Shown piece after piece: positions 48,582-59,459 of a stretch of 64,000 nucleotides of DNA. The stretch's first letter is position 1. Every line of letters starts with the position of its first letter. The stretch lies in NCBI GenBank assembly GCA_963789265.1, contig CAWBKB010000001.1, positions 384,001 to 448,000 of the forward strand, read 5' to 3'. Below the pieces are notes generated by a model, which was not told the DNA's origin, made no database searches, and saw only the letters and a program-made list of their open reading frames with translations. The position numbers were made by a program, and so were the translations under genes. Source of the stretch: an uncultured delta proteobacterium (GTDB taxonomy: Bacteria; Desulfobacterota; Desulfomonilia; Desulfomonilales; Desulfomonilaceae).

Positions 48582-49232
48582 TCAATCAACTTTTACATTC
48601 CACACGTACTTTACCCATTGCGTTCCGTAACGGCCCTCGGCCACGAGGCGCAGCGGGAAACCATGTTTCACCGGAAGTTTCACGCCATTCACCTGATAGG
48701 CGAGAAACATCTTGTCAGACCGTGCTTCATTCAGCCGGAACCTCTCCACCTTTTCATAATTGCCTTGAGGTCCCTTTATTGTGACATAAGCTGCGTCATC
48801 TTTTACACCGGCCCTTTTTAGAAGCTCACGTATGTAAATCCCATTCCATGTTCCGTTGTTTGCAAATATGCCAGGGCACACCAAAAGAACCGTCTTTTCA
48901 ATTGAAGGCAGGTCCAGAATCTCCGAATACTTGAAGCTGAGAGGGTTTTCGACCTTGCCGTCCACGACCAGCCGCCACTTGTCCAGGTCCGCCTTGTAGT
49001 CCTCGAGGCCCATTGTTCTAAAGTCCGTGAGCGGCGTGACTTCGAGGTTGCTCGTATCCAGATCGGCAGGGTTTTTGTCAACAAGCTGTTCCCTTCTCGT
49101 CCCGCGAGGAACCACCGTTTTCTTGGCAATCGCCCAAATTCTGTGGACACCCAGGAAAGATGCCCCCAGAAATAGGGACAATAAAGACAAACTCTTGAGA
49201 GCAAAGGCTACGAAGGTTCTTCTTGTAAGCAT
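48582..49232 (-). CDS. Molybdopterin-dependent oxidoreductase (sulfite oxidase/MsrP-like), Tat signal
   Basis: LTRRTF, WRLVVDGKVENP, LVCPG, HGFPLRLV, WVKYV. Confidence 0.88.
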   Translation of the reverse strand: MLTRRTFVAFALKSLSLLSLFLGASFLGVHRIWAIAKKTVVPRGTRREQLVDKNPADLDTSNLEVTPLTDFRTMGLEDYKADLDKWRLVVDGKVENPLSFKYSEILDLPSIEKTVLLVCPGIFANNGTWNGIYIRELLKRAGVKDDAAYVTIKGPQGNYEKVERFRLNEARSDKMFLAYQVNGVKLPVKHGFPLRLVAEGRYGTQWVKYVWNVKVD

Positions 49233-49245
49233 CTTTGTTCCCCTC

Positions 49246-51538
49246 CTATCGGCTCCAGCCCAGCCAATATCCGAAAAGCTTTTTCACAAACGGGGTAAGA
49301 CGTGTCCGGCTGTAGGCGTCCGCTACGTGTTTGATGGCCTCGGCCTGGGTCGGATAGGGATGGATCACGCCCGAGACTGTTTTCAGACCCAGCTTCCCAA
49401 CCATAGCCAGGGTTATTTCGCTGATCATCTCTCCGGCGTGGGAGGCAACAATGGTTGCACCCAGGATTTTATCAGTCCCTTTCTCGGTGTGTATCTTTAC
49501 GAATCCTTCTTCTTCTCCATCGGCTATGGCTCGGTCCACATGGCTGAATGCGCGAAAATAGGTGTCTAAGGCTATCCCTTTCTTCTCGGCTTCCTTCTCG
49601 TAAATGCCGACGTGAGCAATCTCCGGGTCCGTGTACGTGCACCACGGAACTATCAGGCCGCTCAACTTCTTGGACCCCCTGAAAAGACTATTCTGAATGA
49701 CGATACGGGCCGCGGCGTCGGCCGCATGAGTAAACTTGAAGTTCATGCAGATATCTCCCGCGGCATAGATATGCGGATTCGTAGTCTGCAACCGATCGTT
49801 TACCACGACCCCTCGGCTTTCGCATCGGACTCCCGCGGCCTCCAGATTCAGGTTTTCAACGTTGGGCACACGCCCGGCACCAACAAGTATCTCATCTACA
49901 GCAATGGAACCGACCTGGGACTTGACCTCGTAGTGCAGGACCTTTTCACCGTTCTGAAGCTTCACTTCTTTGAGGTCGGAATCCAAGATCAGGTCAATGC
50001 CCTCATCTATGAACTTCCTTTGCACTATTTCTGCTGCATCTGCGTCTTCCCGGTCGAGTATATGTGGATTCTTGTGGAACAACACTACCTTACAGCCCAG
50101 ACGGCGGAAGGCTTGAGCCATTTCGCACCCAATAGGGCCGCCGCCGATTATTGCAAGGCGCCGCGGACGCTCCGTAAGCGAGAATATCGTCTCGTTGGTA
50201 AGGAATCCGGCTTCGGCCAAACCCGGGATGGACGGGTGCAATGCCCTGGCGCCGGTGGCAATGACAGCTTTACTGAAGTGAAGCGTCTTGCCGGCCACAA
50301 CAACGGAATTCGGACCGGCAAAGCGGGCGTGCCCGAGAAACACATCGACGCCCAGCTCCTTGAAGCGCTTGGCAGAATCATTGTAGCTGATGCGGGCCCT
50401 CAGGCGTCGCATTCGTTCCATAACTGTGGAAAAATCGGCTACCGAACCGGGCGGAACCCTGATGCCGAACCCATCTGCCATAAGAATCTCCCCGTAGACT
50501 CTTGACGAGCCTATCAGGCACTTCGAGGGCACGCACCCGACGTTTAAACAGTCGCCGCCGAGCAGGAATCGCTCCACGAGCGCAACCTTCGCACCCAAAC
50601 CGGCAGCACCCGCGGCCGTGACCGAGACCCGCGGTTCCTGCACCTATCACGACGAGGTTGTACCGTTCCGCGGGTTCGGGATTTGTCCAATCGGCAGGAT
50701 GAACGTTGGAGATGAGTTCTCTGTTATGTTCGTCATCGGGCGGCACTTGCACCGCGGCGCTCTCTACCGGGTCGGGTTCCTCCGTAAGATTCGATCCGGC
50801 GTTTCTCGATGTTTCCGCGACTTTGAGGCTCTTCCGGGCCAAACGAGTCACGAAGCCCGCAACGAGTATCGTAGCGGCCAAACCAATCCAAAAGAAGACT
50901 TGCCCAGCCACCCCGCTTTGGACCTTTCCCGCGGCCACATCGGCAATTGACCGCGCGGCCGATCCGAAATACACGTACATGAGGCCGCCCGGCAACATGC
51001 CGATCATGGAAGCCAAGGCGTAACTTTTAAAAGAGACCTTGGTCAGTCCGAGAGAATAGTTGAGAAGATTGAACGGGAATATGGGGCTCAGCCGCAGCAG
51101 AAGAACGATCTTGAACCCCTCTCTACCGACGGCCTCGTCAATCGCGCTAAATTTGGGATTGCCGGAGACTTTGCGCGCCACCCATTCACGTGCAAAGGTG
51201 CGACCGACCAGGAAAGCGGCACAGGCCCCCAGAACTGCGCCGGTCCAGGCAGTTGCAAGCCCCAGCGAAACTCCGAAAAGAAAACCGGCCCCCAAAGTTA
51301 GCACCGAGCCCGGCAGGAAAAACACGCAGGCCAACACATAAAATGCTGTGACGAATATAGGCCCCCACACGCCCAAGCTTTGCGTCCACTCCAACACCGC
51401 AATCATGTACTGCCTGACAGGCAACAGCCACAATGCTGCAATCAGGCAGCATAGAATTACTGCCAATGCGACTAGCCTGATGCCCCTCGTCACATTACGA
51501 GTCGGCGATTTTGCCCGCAGTTCGGCTGAATTGTTCAT
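49246..51538 (-). CDS. TVP38/TMEM64 (VTT/DedA) domain fused to a MerA/LpdA-like flavoprotein disulfide reductase; +1 frameshift at ~50622
   Basis: PGSVLTLGAG, LRLSPIFPFNLLNY; YNLVVIGAGTAGL|VTAAGAA, GGDCLNVGCVPSK, HPYPT. Confidence 0.87.
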
Positions 51539-51823
51539 ACTGCCTCCTTGAGATAACCCTGTTAGTACTAATTTGCATCATCAAGAACAATTGGAGAGGC
51601 CGTCCCAAATTTACCGCGATGAATCATCACATTCCAAGTTTACAGCTTCTGTGTGCACATTCATAGAGATGGAGCCGCCGGTCACGCGTGAAAAAATCCT
51701 TTTCAAAAAAATCTGCGACGGGGTATTTTAGAGGGTCTTAGGGCAGGGGGCCTGCCCATTTGCCCCATCTATTGTCAACGTGTTTCCTACTGGGCGTATG
51801 TTCCTGAGAAAGGCAAGGCACGC

Positions 51824-53923
51824 GTGAGGCATCTATTTTGGCCGTCATCGGTAGTAGTTATAGGCGTATCAACCAGGCCGGAAAACCTCGGTAAGGAGAT
51901 CGCCAGGAATCTCTTTGAATTCAGATACACGGGCGTGATCCATCTTGTGGGCCCACATGGAGGCGTCCTCTTCGGCCGTAAAATTCACCCATCCCTCGAT
52001 GAAATTACAGAGCCAATAGACTTGGCCGTGATCCTCACTCCTGCCAAAACGGTTCCGGGCATCATGGAACAGTGCGGCCGGAAAGGTATACGCCGGGTCA
52101 TCATAGAAAGCGGCGGATTCGGGGAGTTCGACGATGAAGGCCGAGAGGCCGGTGCTCGATTGAAGGCAATCGCGCAAGAATACGATCTCCGTTTCATAGG
52201 CCCAAATTGTATCGGGATAATGAACTCCTCGAACGGATTGGCCACGCCGTTCACCACTATGCAAAACGTGTTTCCACGCGGCCGAGTGGGCATAATTGCA
52301 CAAAGCGGCGGAGTTGCACTGTCTTTTCTTAATATGTTTCACAGCGAACAGTTAGGTTACAGCAAGTTTGCCGCCATAGGTAACAAACTGAATATCGACG
52401 AAAATGACCTCCTGGAATATTACATCGAAGATCCCGAGACTCACGTGATTTGCCTTTACCTCGAATCGGTCCACGACGGAAAGAGGTTCATAGAAATTGC
52501 CCGCCGGTCGCCGAAGCCGATCGTGGTGCACAAAGCTAATATCGGGGCGCTCAGTAAGGTGATCGCTCAGTCGCACACGGAAGCGCTCGCGGATGACGAT
52601 AGTGTGGTGGATGCGGCTTTTCGACAGGCCGGAATTGTAAGATTCAGGGATATGCAGAATTATCTGGATTTTGTAAAAATACTTCAGTTGCCGGCAATGA
52701 AGGGAAGAAACCTCGCAATTGTGTCCCGGTCGGGCGGGCACGCGGTTATTGCCGCGGATGCCGCATTCCTTCACGGTTTTCATCTGCCGCCGTTCGGCAA
52801 CGAGTTTCTCACCGAAATCCGCCAACATCTCCGGGCTGACGTGATACGTCTCGCTAATCCTCTCGATTTGGGCGATCTATTCGATTTTGACGTGTACGTC
52901 CGCATCATCGAGCATACCCTCAGGCAAGAAAACGTGGATGGTATTGTCTTTCTTCACACCTATTTCGCCGCGATCGAAGGTGAGTCTTCGCGCAAGCTGC
53001 TTCAGTCCGCGGCCTCTCTATCAGAGAAGTACACAAAGCCTGTGGCTTTGTGCGTATCGACCGAGCAATCCGAGCTTTCCCGCCTGCACGAAGAATTTGA
53101 GTTTCCCATATTCCTCAGCCCGGAGCGAGCAATATTGGCTTTGGACACCTCTATCAAGAACCAAGAACGCAAACTTGCCATATCGACTCGCCGGGACGTT
53201 CAGCAATCAGACCTTGCTGCAAAGGATGAGATTATTGCGAAGATTATTCGCGACGTTGCTGGAGCAAAGGGTCAGCCTCTATTGCACGAGGCGCTGAACA
53301 TCGTTGAAGCTGCGGGGCTACCGGTGCCGGATTACCGGACAATCACGAATCTCGAGCAGACCGACGAGCAACTCTCGGGCCTAACGGGGCCGTACGCTGT
53401 CAAGGTCATTGCGGGAACGCTTTCTCACAAATCCGACCAGGGTGGCGTGGCGCTTGGACTATCCGGCGGACCGGTTGTCCGCGGTGCAGTTGCAAACATG
53501 CTGGAGCGCTTCGGCTCGCCAGGTACAGGATTATACGGTGTGCTCGTACAGCAAATGGCCTCACGGGTTCCAGGATCCTTTGAGCTGATTGTGGGTGGCA
53601 AAAGAGATCCTAATTTCGGGCCTGTGGTTCTGTTGGGACACGGGGGCGTATTCGTAGAGGCTTTCAGCAAGATGTCTCTACGGATAGCGCCTCTATCGTC
53701 CGAAGAGATCGAGGAAATGATCGACGATCTGCCGGGATCGGAGATCTTCAAAGGCTTGCGTGGCCGAGCGCCGATCGACAGAGCATCCCTTAAGGATGCA
53801 ATCCTTCGCGTGGCCTATCTCATGGTTCGTTTCCCGGAAATTGACTCAATAGACATCAATCCGCTCCTGGTTTCAGAATCAGGGGCTCAGGCCATCGACG
53901 CGCGTATCTTCCTGAAGATTTGA
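51824..53923 (+). CDS. Acetate/acyl-CoA ligase (ADP-forming), fused CoA-binding + ATP-grasp domains
   Basis: GPNCIG, AQSGG, SHTEALA, NPLDLG, HKSDQGGV, DINPL. Confidence 0.92.
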   Translation: MRHLFWPSSVVVIGVSTRPENLGKEIARNLFEFRYTGVIHLVGPHGGVLFGRKIHPSLDEITEPIDLAVILTPAKTVPGIMEQCGRKGIRRVIIESGGFGEFDDEGREAGARLKAIAQEYDLRFIGPNCIGIMNSSNGLATPFTTMQNVFPRGRVGIIAQSGGVALSFLNMFHSEQLGYSKFAAIGNKLNIDENDLLEYYIEDPETHVICLYLESVHDGKRFIEIARRSPKPIVVHKANIGALSKVIAQSHTEALADDDSVVDAAFRQAGIVRFRDMQNYLDFVKILQLPAMKGRNLAIVSRSGGHAVIAADAAFLHGFHLPPFGNEFLTEIRQHLRADVIRLANPLDLGDLFDFDVYVRIIEHTLRQENVDGIVFLHTYFAAIEGESSRKLLQSAASLSEKYTKPVALCVSTEQSELSRLHEEFEFPIFLSPERAILALDTSIKNQERKLAISTRRDVQQSDLAAKDEIIAKIIRDVAGAKGQPLLHEALNIVEAAGLPVPDYRTITNLEQTDEQLSGLTGPYAVKVIAGTLSHKSDQGGVALGLSGGPVVRGAVANMLERFGSPGTGLYGVLVQQMASRVPGSFELIVGGKRDPNFGPVVLLGHGGVFVEAFSKMSLRIAPLSSEEIEEMIDDLPGSEIFKGLRGRAPIDRASLKDAILRVAYLMVRFPEIDSIDINPLLVSESGAQAIDARIFLKI

Positions 53924-54036
53924 ATGATTCTTGGATTCCGCGGCCTAGTTGGGAAACCCATCCACCTCTCGCACATCCTCTCGCGGTCTGCCGGACATCA
54001 GGGAGCGGGATGTCCGCTCCCAATTACTTGACCCCA

Positions 54037-54339
54037 TCATCCGCCAATATCGCCCGGAGAGACGTCCTGCCAAACGTCTTGATATATTGGCTTGAAACCT
54101 TTGAACTTCTCATCAAACTCAAACTTTTCGAGCTCCGGAGCAGCAGCGCATGTCGCTTTTAGCCGCCCGATTCTGTCCTCGAATTCTTCCAGAATCATGT
54201 GCAGTTCGTTGATATGAGGATAAACTTTCGACTTGTCACCTGTGGACGTCTTGTCGAATTTCTTCACGACCTCGTCGAGTTTGGCACGCCAGCCGGCGAG
54301 TTCTGTTACGAAGTTCTCGCAATATTGTTCAAGTTCCAT
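54037..54339 (-). CDS. Hypothetical helical protein
   Basis: AAGGAG RBS; MELEQYC...ELAGWRAKL, coiled-coil-like. Confidence 0.7.
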   Translation of the reverse strand: MELEQYCENFVTELAGWRAKLDEVVKKFDKTSTGDKSKVYPHINELHMILEEFEDRIGRLKATCAAAPELEKFEFDEKFKGFKPIYQDVWQDVSPGDIGG

Positions 54340-54690
54340 TGTTCTCACTCCTTATCTCTCTAAATTCGTCTGCGCATACTTACCATGCATATTCGTGCAG
54401 GTGCCGGTCTCATAATATTTAGATGCTGAGGAGTCGTTTTTGATTGTTTATCTCTCATGGTTCTCCAAAATCGTAATCAAATTACCGTTGCCGACCGTAC
54501 CACTGTCGTCAAAAATCGGCTGTCTCCACGGCTTCTTGTGCTTTCGGCCTTTGTTAAAGACCTCCAGGTGACATTTCCAACTGTCGATTCGGGAAACCCC
54601 ATTGTTTTCAGGCGTAACCCAAAAGGATCTTCTGATCCAGACTTGACCTTTCCCCCAAAATCATTGATAAAAAGGGCGGAGGACGAACCG

Positions 54691-55062
54691 TTGCCGAGAG
54701 TGCGAGTCATATTCTACAAAGACGATGATGGAACGGTTCCGATGGTCGAGTGGATAGAAAATCTTCAGAAGAAGCCCCGAGAAAAGAGTTTTGAATGGAT
54801 TGAGCGACTGAGAGCCTTTGGATACGAGCTGCACCGCCCCTATGCAGATACACTCAGAAACGGCATTCATGAACTTCGGTTCAGATTTCAGAGGGTCAAC
54901 TACCGAATGCTCTACTTCTTTCATGGCAGTTCCGCCGTAATCCTTACGCATGGGTTGACCAAAGAGAAAAATATCTCGGACAGCGAAATCGACCGTGCTC
55001 TGGGTCTGAAAAAGAGGTTTGAAGCCGATCCTGGAGCACACACTTTCTATTGGGAGCAATGA
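54691..55062 (+). CDS. RelE/HigB (Gp49-like) toxin
   Basis: GGAGG RBS + TTG; RPYADTLRNGIHELR, YRMLYFF, LTHGLTK. Confidence 0.88.
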   Translation: MPRVRVIFYKDDDGTVPMVEWIENLQKKPREKSFEWIERLRAFGYELHRPYADTLRNGIHELRFRFQRVNYRMLYFFHGSSAVILTHGLTKEKNISDSEIDRALGLKKRFEADPGAHTFYWEQ

Positions 55063-55064
55063 GG

Positions 55065-55415
55065 ATGGGACAAAAGAAACTCAGTTCAGATGCTCATCAG
55101 TGGATGTACAACCGATACGTCAAAGATGATCCGGAAGCCCAGGCCTTTTTGGCAGAAGTGAAGGTTCAGGCCGATCTTGCCGGACAAATTTATTCTATCC
55201 GCAATAAGCTCCACATGACGAGGGAAGACCTGACCGAATATTCCGGCCTGACTCCGGAGATCATTGAAGACCTTGAAGAATCCGACTACGACGGCGACTG
55301 GGATGTGGCAATCAATCAAATCAACAGAGCCTTTCATGCCTGGATGTCAGACGTGATTATCCCCGTTTCCCGGATGACCCCGGATGACTACTCGGTGAAG
55401 GTTGTGAATGCGTGA
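55065..55415 (+). CDS. Xre-HTH antitoxin (HigA-like)
   Basis: IYSIRNKLHMTREDL...IEDLEESDYDG; directly follows the toxin. Confidence 0.8.
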   Translation: MGQKKLSSDAHQWMYNRYVKDDPEAQAFLAEVKVQADLAGQIYSIRNKLHMTREDLTEYSGLTPEIIEDLEESDYDGDWDVAINQINRAFHAWMSDVIIPVSRMTPDDYSVKVVNA

Positions 55416-55465
55416 GGGTATGCGTGGCATGATAATTGGCCATTGGGTCGCAAAAGCCAGGTACA

Positions 55466-55801
55466 TCAAGTTCGGGCGTTGTCCCCGGTTGCCCGTTTCG
55501 TCGATGGGCGGACTCCCCACTCTTTCCAGAACGCTTCTACTTTGTCGCGCTCCAAGCCAATCTTTATGAACGCGGCCTCCAGCCGCGCTGCCTCTTCTTC
55601 CGCCTCTCCCGCTTCGATCTGGTGAACTAGATCCGCGTCTCTGAGCAGCCCTTGTCCAATGTAATATTTGATAACCGATTGATAGCCGGACATCTCCTTG
55701 AGACGAGCGATCTTTTTCAGTTTCTCCAGGAGGTCAATGGGCATCCTCATGGAAATGCTGGTGCTAGGACGATCCTTAGTAAGAACCAATTTCTTCTTCA
55801 T
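55466..55801 (-). CDS. BrnA/CopG-like RHH antitoxin
   Basis: SISMRMPIDLLEKLKKIA...GYQSVIKYYI; overlaps brnT. Confidence 0.8.
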   Translation of the reverse strand: MKKKLVLTKDRPSTSISMRMPIDLLEKLKKIARLKEMSGYQSVIKYYIGQGLLRDADLVHQIEAGEAEEEAARLEAAFIKIGLERDKVEAFWKEWGVRPSTKRATGDNART

Positions 55802-56099
55802 AACGTCCCCTTTCTTCAGGAGTAGCCTTTCGAGCGGAAATTATGCGCCAGGCATCTTGGCCGGCATCGGCAACCACGACAAGAATCGGGGTCGCCAGGT
55901 GTTCCGCGAGGGCGAAGGAAATGATTCCGAACCTCTGCTCGCCTTCTTTGTAGAGTTCCTCCGTTACCTGCACATCGTTTGCTACCGCTTGGGAGGCAAC
56001 CTCAAAAGAAATTCCGAGGTCGCGCAGGTTTCTGTCAGCCTTGTCGGAGTCCCACGAAAACCTGAATCCGTGAAACTCATACCAGACGTCACGTCCCAC
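55776..56099 (-). CDS. brnT: BrnT-family toxin
   Basis: FSWDSDKADRN..GISFE, RIISARKAT. Confidence 0.85.
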   Translation of the reverse strand: MGRDVWYEFHGFRFSWDSDKADRNLRDLGISFEVASQAVANDVQVTEELYKEGEQRFGIISFALAEHLATPILVVVADAGQDAWRIISARKATPEERGRYEEEIGSY

Positions 56100-56246
56100 A
56101 GTCTATCCTCCTGCATATACATTGTCAACGCATTCCGGGAAAAGTTCCTTATGGCAAAATCTAGCTATAAGCCCAGCATCGGGTCGATTCGTGATAGACG
56201 TACCGAGCCAACGGATGCCAAGGCTCCATGATAGCACCTCCTACCA

Positions 56247-56275
56247 TTGAGACCGTGCCCCGGGTTGGGTATAAT
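56247..56275 (+). promoter_or_regulatory. sigma70 promoter of purL
   Basis: TTGAGA-17 nt-TATAAT. Confidence 0.7.
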
Positions 56276-56319
56276 CGGGTCGTTTTTTCGCGAATTTAGA
56301 ATTCCTCAAGGAATCCAAC

Positions 56320-59286
56320 ATGCCTCACAGAATAGAAGTATGTTTGAAGTCGTCTCTGCCTGACCCCACGGGCCGCAGAATATCCGCACGCATCGCCTCG
56401 GACCTCGGGTTTGCGGTCGAAAATCTGCGTGTGGCGGACGAATTCATTATAGACCGTAGCCTTAGCCGCGGAGACCTCGAAACGCTTGTCGAAGAAGTCT
56501 TTCAAGATCCTGTCATACAAGACGCGGTGATAGATGAGCCGCTGGCAATACCGTTTGACTGGCTCATTGAGGTCGGCTTTCGGCCGGGCGTCACCGACAA
56601 TGTGGCGCGAACGGCACGCGAGGCTGTGGAAAGAACTTTGGGTGTGCAATTTCAGAGCGGGGAAGGGCTTTACACGCGTAAGCTCTATTTTATAAAGGGC
56701 AACATAACAAAATTGCGGGCTGAAGCCATAGCCAAAGACCTCCTTGCAAACGATCTGATCCAGACTCACACCGTCTTTGGTCCGAGGGATAATCGAAGCG
56801 CAATCACGGTTCCCCGAGTTACTGCCCATTCCAGCGTAGCAATACGTAGGATAGACCTGAATGTAAATGATGAGGAACTCCTCCGCATAAGCAGGGAAGG
56901 GGTGCTTGCTCTCAGCCTGGAAGAGATGCAGGCAATACGTGATTATTACGCAGGTCCCGAATTCCTTGAAAAACGCAGAGCAGCAGGTCTAGGCCCTGAA
57001 ACCACCGATTGCGAACTCGAAGTGCTGGCTCAAACATGGTCGGAGCATTGCAAGCACAAGATCTTCAACGCGTTGATCCAGTATCACGAAGCCGGCAAAT
57101 CCAGAGAAATTGACAGCCTCTTCCGGACCTGCGTCCAGGGATCCACCGAGAAGATTCGTGCCGAACTCGGGAAAAACGACTTCTGCCTGTCCGTGTTCAA
57201 GGACAATGCGGGTGTAATCCGGTTTGACGACGAATGGAACCTGGTGGTCAAAGTGGAGACGCATAACTCACCGTCTGCCTTGGACCCTTATGGCGGCGCT
57301 CTCACCGGCATAGTCGGAGTGAACCGAGACCCGTTCGGTACGGGAATGGGCTCACGCTTGATCTTCAATACGGATGTGTTCTGCTTTGCACCGCCCGACT
57401 TTAAAGGGACCATTCCTCCCAGGCTGCTCCATCCACGGCGTGTTTTCGAAGGGGTGCGGGAAGGGGTCGAGCACGGAGGGAACAAAAGCGGTATACCCAC
57501 AGTCAATGGAGCGGTGGTATTCGACGATCGCTACCTTGGTAAGCCTCTTGTCTACTGCGGAACAGGCGGGATCATGCCCGCTGAGATCAACGGTCGGCCG
57601 GCCCACGTCAAACGCGCCCGGCCCGGCGACCGCATTGTTATGACAGGCGGCCGCATCGGCAAAGACGGCATCCACGGGGCGACCTTTTCGTCCGAGGAAC
57701 TCCACGAAGGTTCGCCGGTGAGCGCAGTCCAGATCGGTGATCCTATCACTCAAAAACGAATGACGGACTTTCTGCTCGTTGCTCGCGACCGCGGGTTTTA
57801 TTCCTCGATTACGGATAACGGGGCAGGGGGGCTGTCTTCGTCGGTGGGTGAAATGGCTCGCGAATCCGGTGGAGCCAGGCTGCACCTTGACCGGGCCCCA
57901 CTCAAGTATCCCGGACTTCAGCCCTGGGAGATACTGCTTTCCGAGGCGCAGGAACGCATGACCGTTGCTGTTCCGCCGGAGAAGCTGGACGAGTTCCTTT
58001 CACTCGCGAAAACCCTCGATGTGGAAGCCACGGATCTGGGTGAGTACACCGACGACGGGCTTTTCACGGTGCTGTGGGAGGAACGGCCCGCCGCGGTCCT
58101 GCCGCTGGATTTTCTGCACGACGGGCTTCCCCGAATGCGCCTGACCGCGCGGTGGGACCAGAAAACCTGCCCTGAGCCCTCCTTCGGCGATCCCTCGGAC
58201 CTGACACCGGCACTGACGGAATTGATGGGCCGCTGGAATATCTGTTCCAAAGAGCGGCTGATCCGTCAGTACGACCACGAAGTACAAGGAGGTACCATAA
58301 TCAAGCCCCTGGTCGGTGTTCAGAACGACGGGCCGGCGGACGCGGCCGTGCTTCGGCCGCTATTGGACAGGTTTCGCGGTGTAGCGGTCGGGTGTGGTAT
58401 AGCACCGCGTTATTCAGATCTCGACACTTACTGGATGATGGCCGCGTGCATAGATGAGGCAGTCCGCAACATTGTGGCCGTAGGAGCCGATCCCGATCAG
58501 ATGGCAGGGCTCGACAACTTCTGCTGGTGCGATCCGGTTCAGTCCGAGAAAACACCGGACGGGGAATACAAGCTTGCTCAATTGGTCCGCGCAAATGAGG
58601 CGCTCTACGACATCACCACGGCGTATCGAATTCCTTGTATTTCCGGCAAAGACAGCATGAAGAACGATTATCATATAGGAGACACCAAAATCTCTATCCC
58701 TCCAACTGTGCTATTTACCGCGGTCGGGATCGTTCCTGACGTGAGACTTGCGGTTACCCCCGACTTCAAGCGAGCAGGGGACTCGATCTACGTTCTTGGC
58801 GTCACTCGTGACCAGACCGGAGGTTCCGAGTATTTCGCTTCTCGCGGGTTTTTGGGAAACAGAGTTCCAAAGGTGGCTGACCGGGCACTGGCCATAAACA
58901 TGTATCGAGCTTTGCATAGGGGCATAATATCCGGCCTGTTGGCTTCCTGCCACGACCTTTCCGATGGCGGACTTGGAGTTGCCCTAGCAGAAAGCGCGTT
59001 CGCCGGAGGCTTGGGCGTCCGACTTGCCCTTGGAAATTTGGCATTGGAAGATGTGCAGCGCAACGATGTGGCCCTGTTTTCAGAGACCCCGTGCCGCTTT
59101 CTAGTCAGTGTCTCTCAAGAGAAACGGATTGCGTTCGAAAGGACCATGAACGGATTCCCCGTGGCTTGCGTAGGAGAAGTTACAGAGGAGCCTCGAGTGA
59201 TTGTAACCGGGCTCGATGGAAACGCGGTTGTGGACGCGGCCATTTTGCGGCTGAAAAAGGCTTGGCAGGAGCCACTTGGCGTTTAA
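56320..59286 (+). CDS. purL: Phosphoribosylformylglycinamidine synthase PurL with N-terminal PurS-like domains
   Basis: QTWSEHCKHKIF, KVETHNSPS, DNGAGG, SEAQERM, HDLSDGG. Confidence 0.96.
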   Translation: MPHRIEVCLKSSLPDPTGRRISARIASDLGFAVENLRVADEFIIDRSLSRGDLETLVEEVFQDPVIQDAVIDEPLAIPFDWLIEVGFRPGVTDNVARTAREAVERTLGVQFQSGEGLYTRKLYFIKGNITKLRAEAIAKDLLANDLIQTHTVFGPRDNRSAITVPRVTAHSSVAIRRIDLNVNDEELLRISREGVLALSLEEMQAIRDYYAGPEFLEKRRAAGLGPETTDCELEVLAQTWSEHCKHKIFNALIQYHEAGKSREIDSLFRTCVQGSTEKIRAELGKNDFCLSVFKDNAGVIRFDDEWNLVVKVETHNSPSALDPYGGALTGIVGVNRDPFGTGMGSRLIFNTDVFCFAPPDFKGTIPPRLLHPRRVFEGVREGVEHGGNKSGIPTVNGAVVFDDRYLGKPLVYCGTGGIMPAEINGRPAHVKRARPGDRIVMTGGRIGKDGIHGATFSSEELHEGSPVSAVQIGDPITQKRMTDFLLVARDRGFYSSITDNGAGGLSSSVGEMARESGGARLHLDRAPLKYPGLQPWEILLSEAQERMTVAVPPEKLDEFLSLAKTLDVEATDLGEYTDDGLFTVLWEERPAAVLPLDFLHDGLPRMRLTARWDQKTCPEPSFGDPSDLTPALTELMGRWNICSKERLIRQYDHEVQGGTIIKPLVGVQNDGPADAAVLRPLLDRFRGVAVGCGIAPRYSDLDTYWMMAACIDEAVRNIVAVGADPDQMAGLDNFCWCDPVQSEKTPDGEYKLAQLVRANEALYDITTAYRIPCISGKDSMKNDYHIGDTKISIPPTVLFTAVGIVPDVRLAVTPDFKRAGDSIYVLGVTRDQTGGSEYFASRGFLGNRVPKVADRALAINMYRALHRGIISGLLASCHDLSDGGLGVALAESAFAGGLGVRLALGNLALEDVQRNDVALFSETPCRFLVSVSQEKRIAFERTMNGFPVACVGEVTEEPRVIVTGLDGNAVVDAAILRLKKAWQEPLGV

Positions 59287-59459
59287 AGACTTTCCGCGAT
59301 CCTCTTGCTCTCAAGAGCGGTTTGCGCTAAAGAGGGGTACATGGGCATAGGCGTTAGAATAAGAAGGCACTTCGATGCTACCTCCTTTAGTAAAGGGAGG
59401 AAGGAGGATTTTGAATGCGAATCGGTATTAGATCCTGGAACGCATTTCGGTAGGAGACG

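Noticed and set aside
49246..50643. Mercuric reductase merA
   Set aside because: No C-terminal Cys-Cys, no NmerA domain, no other mer genes.
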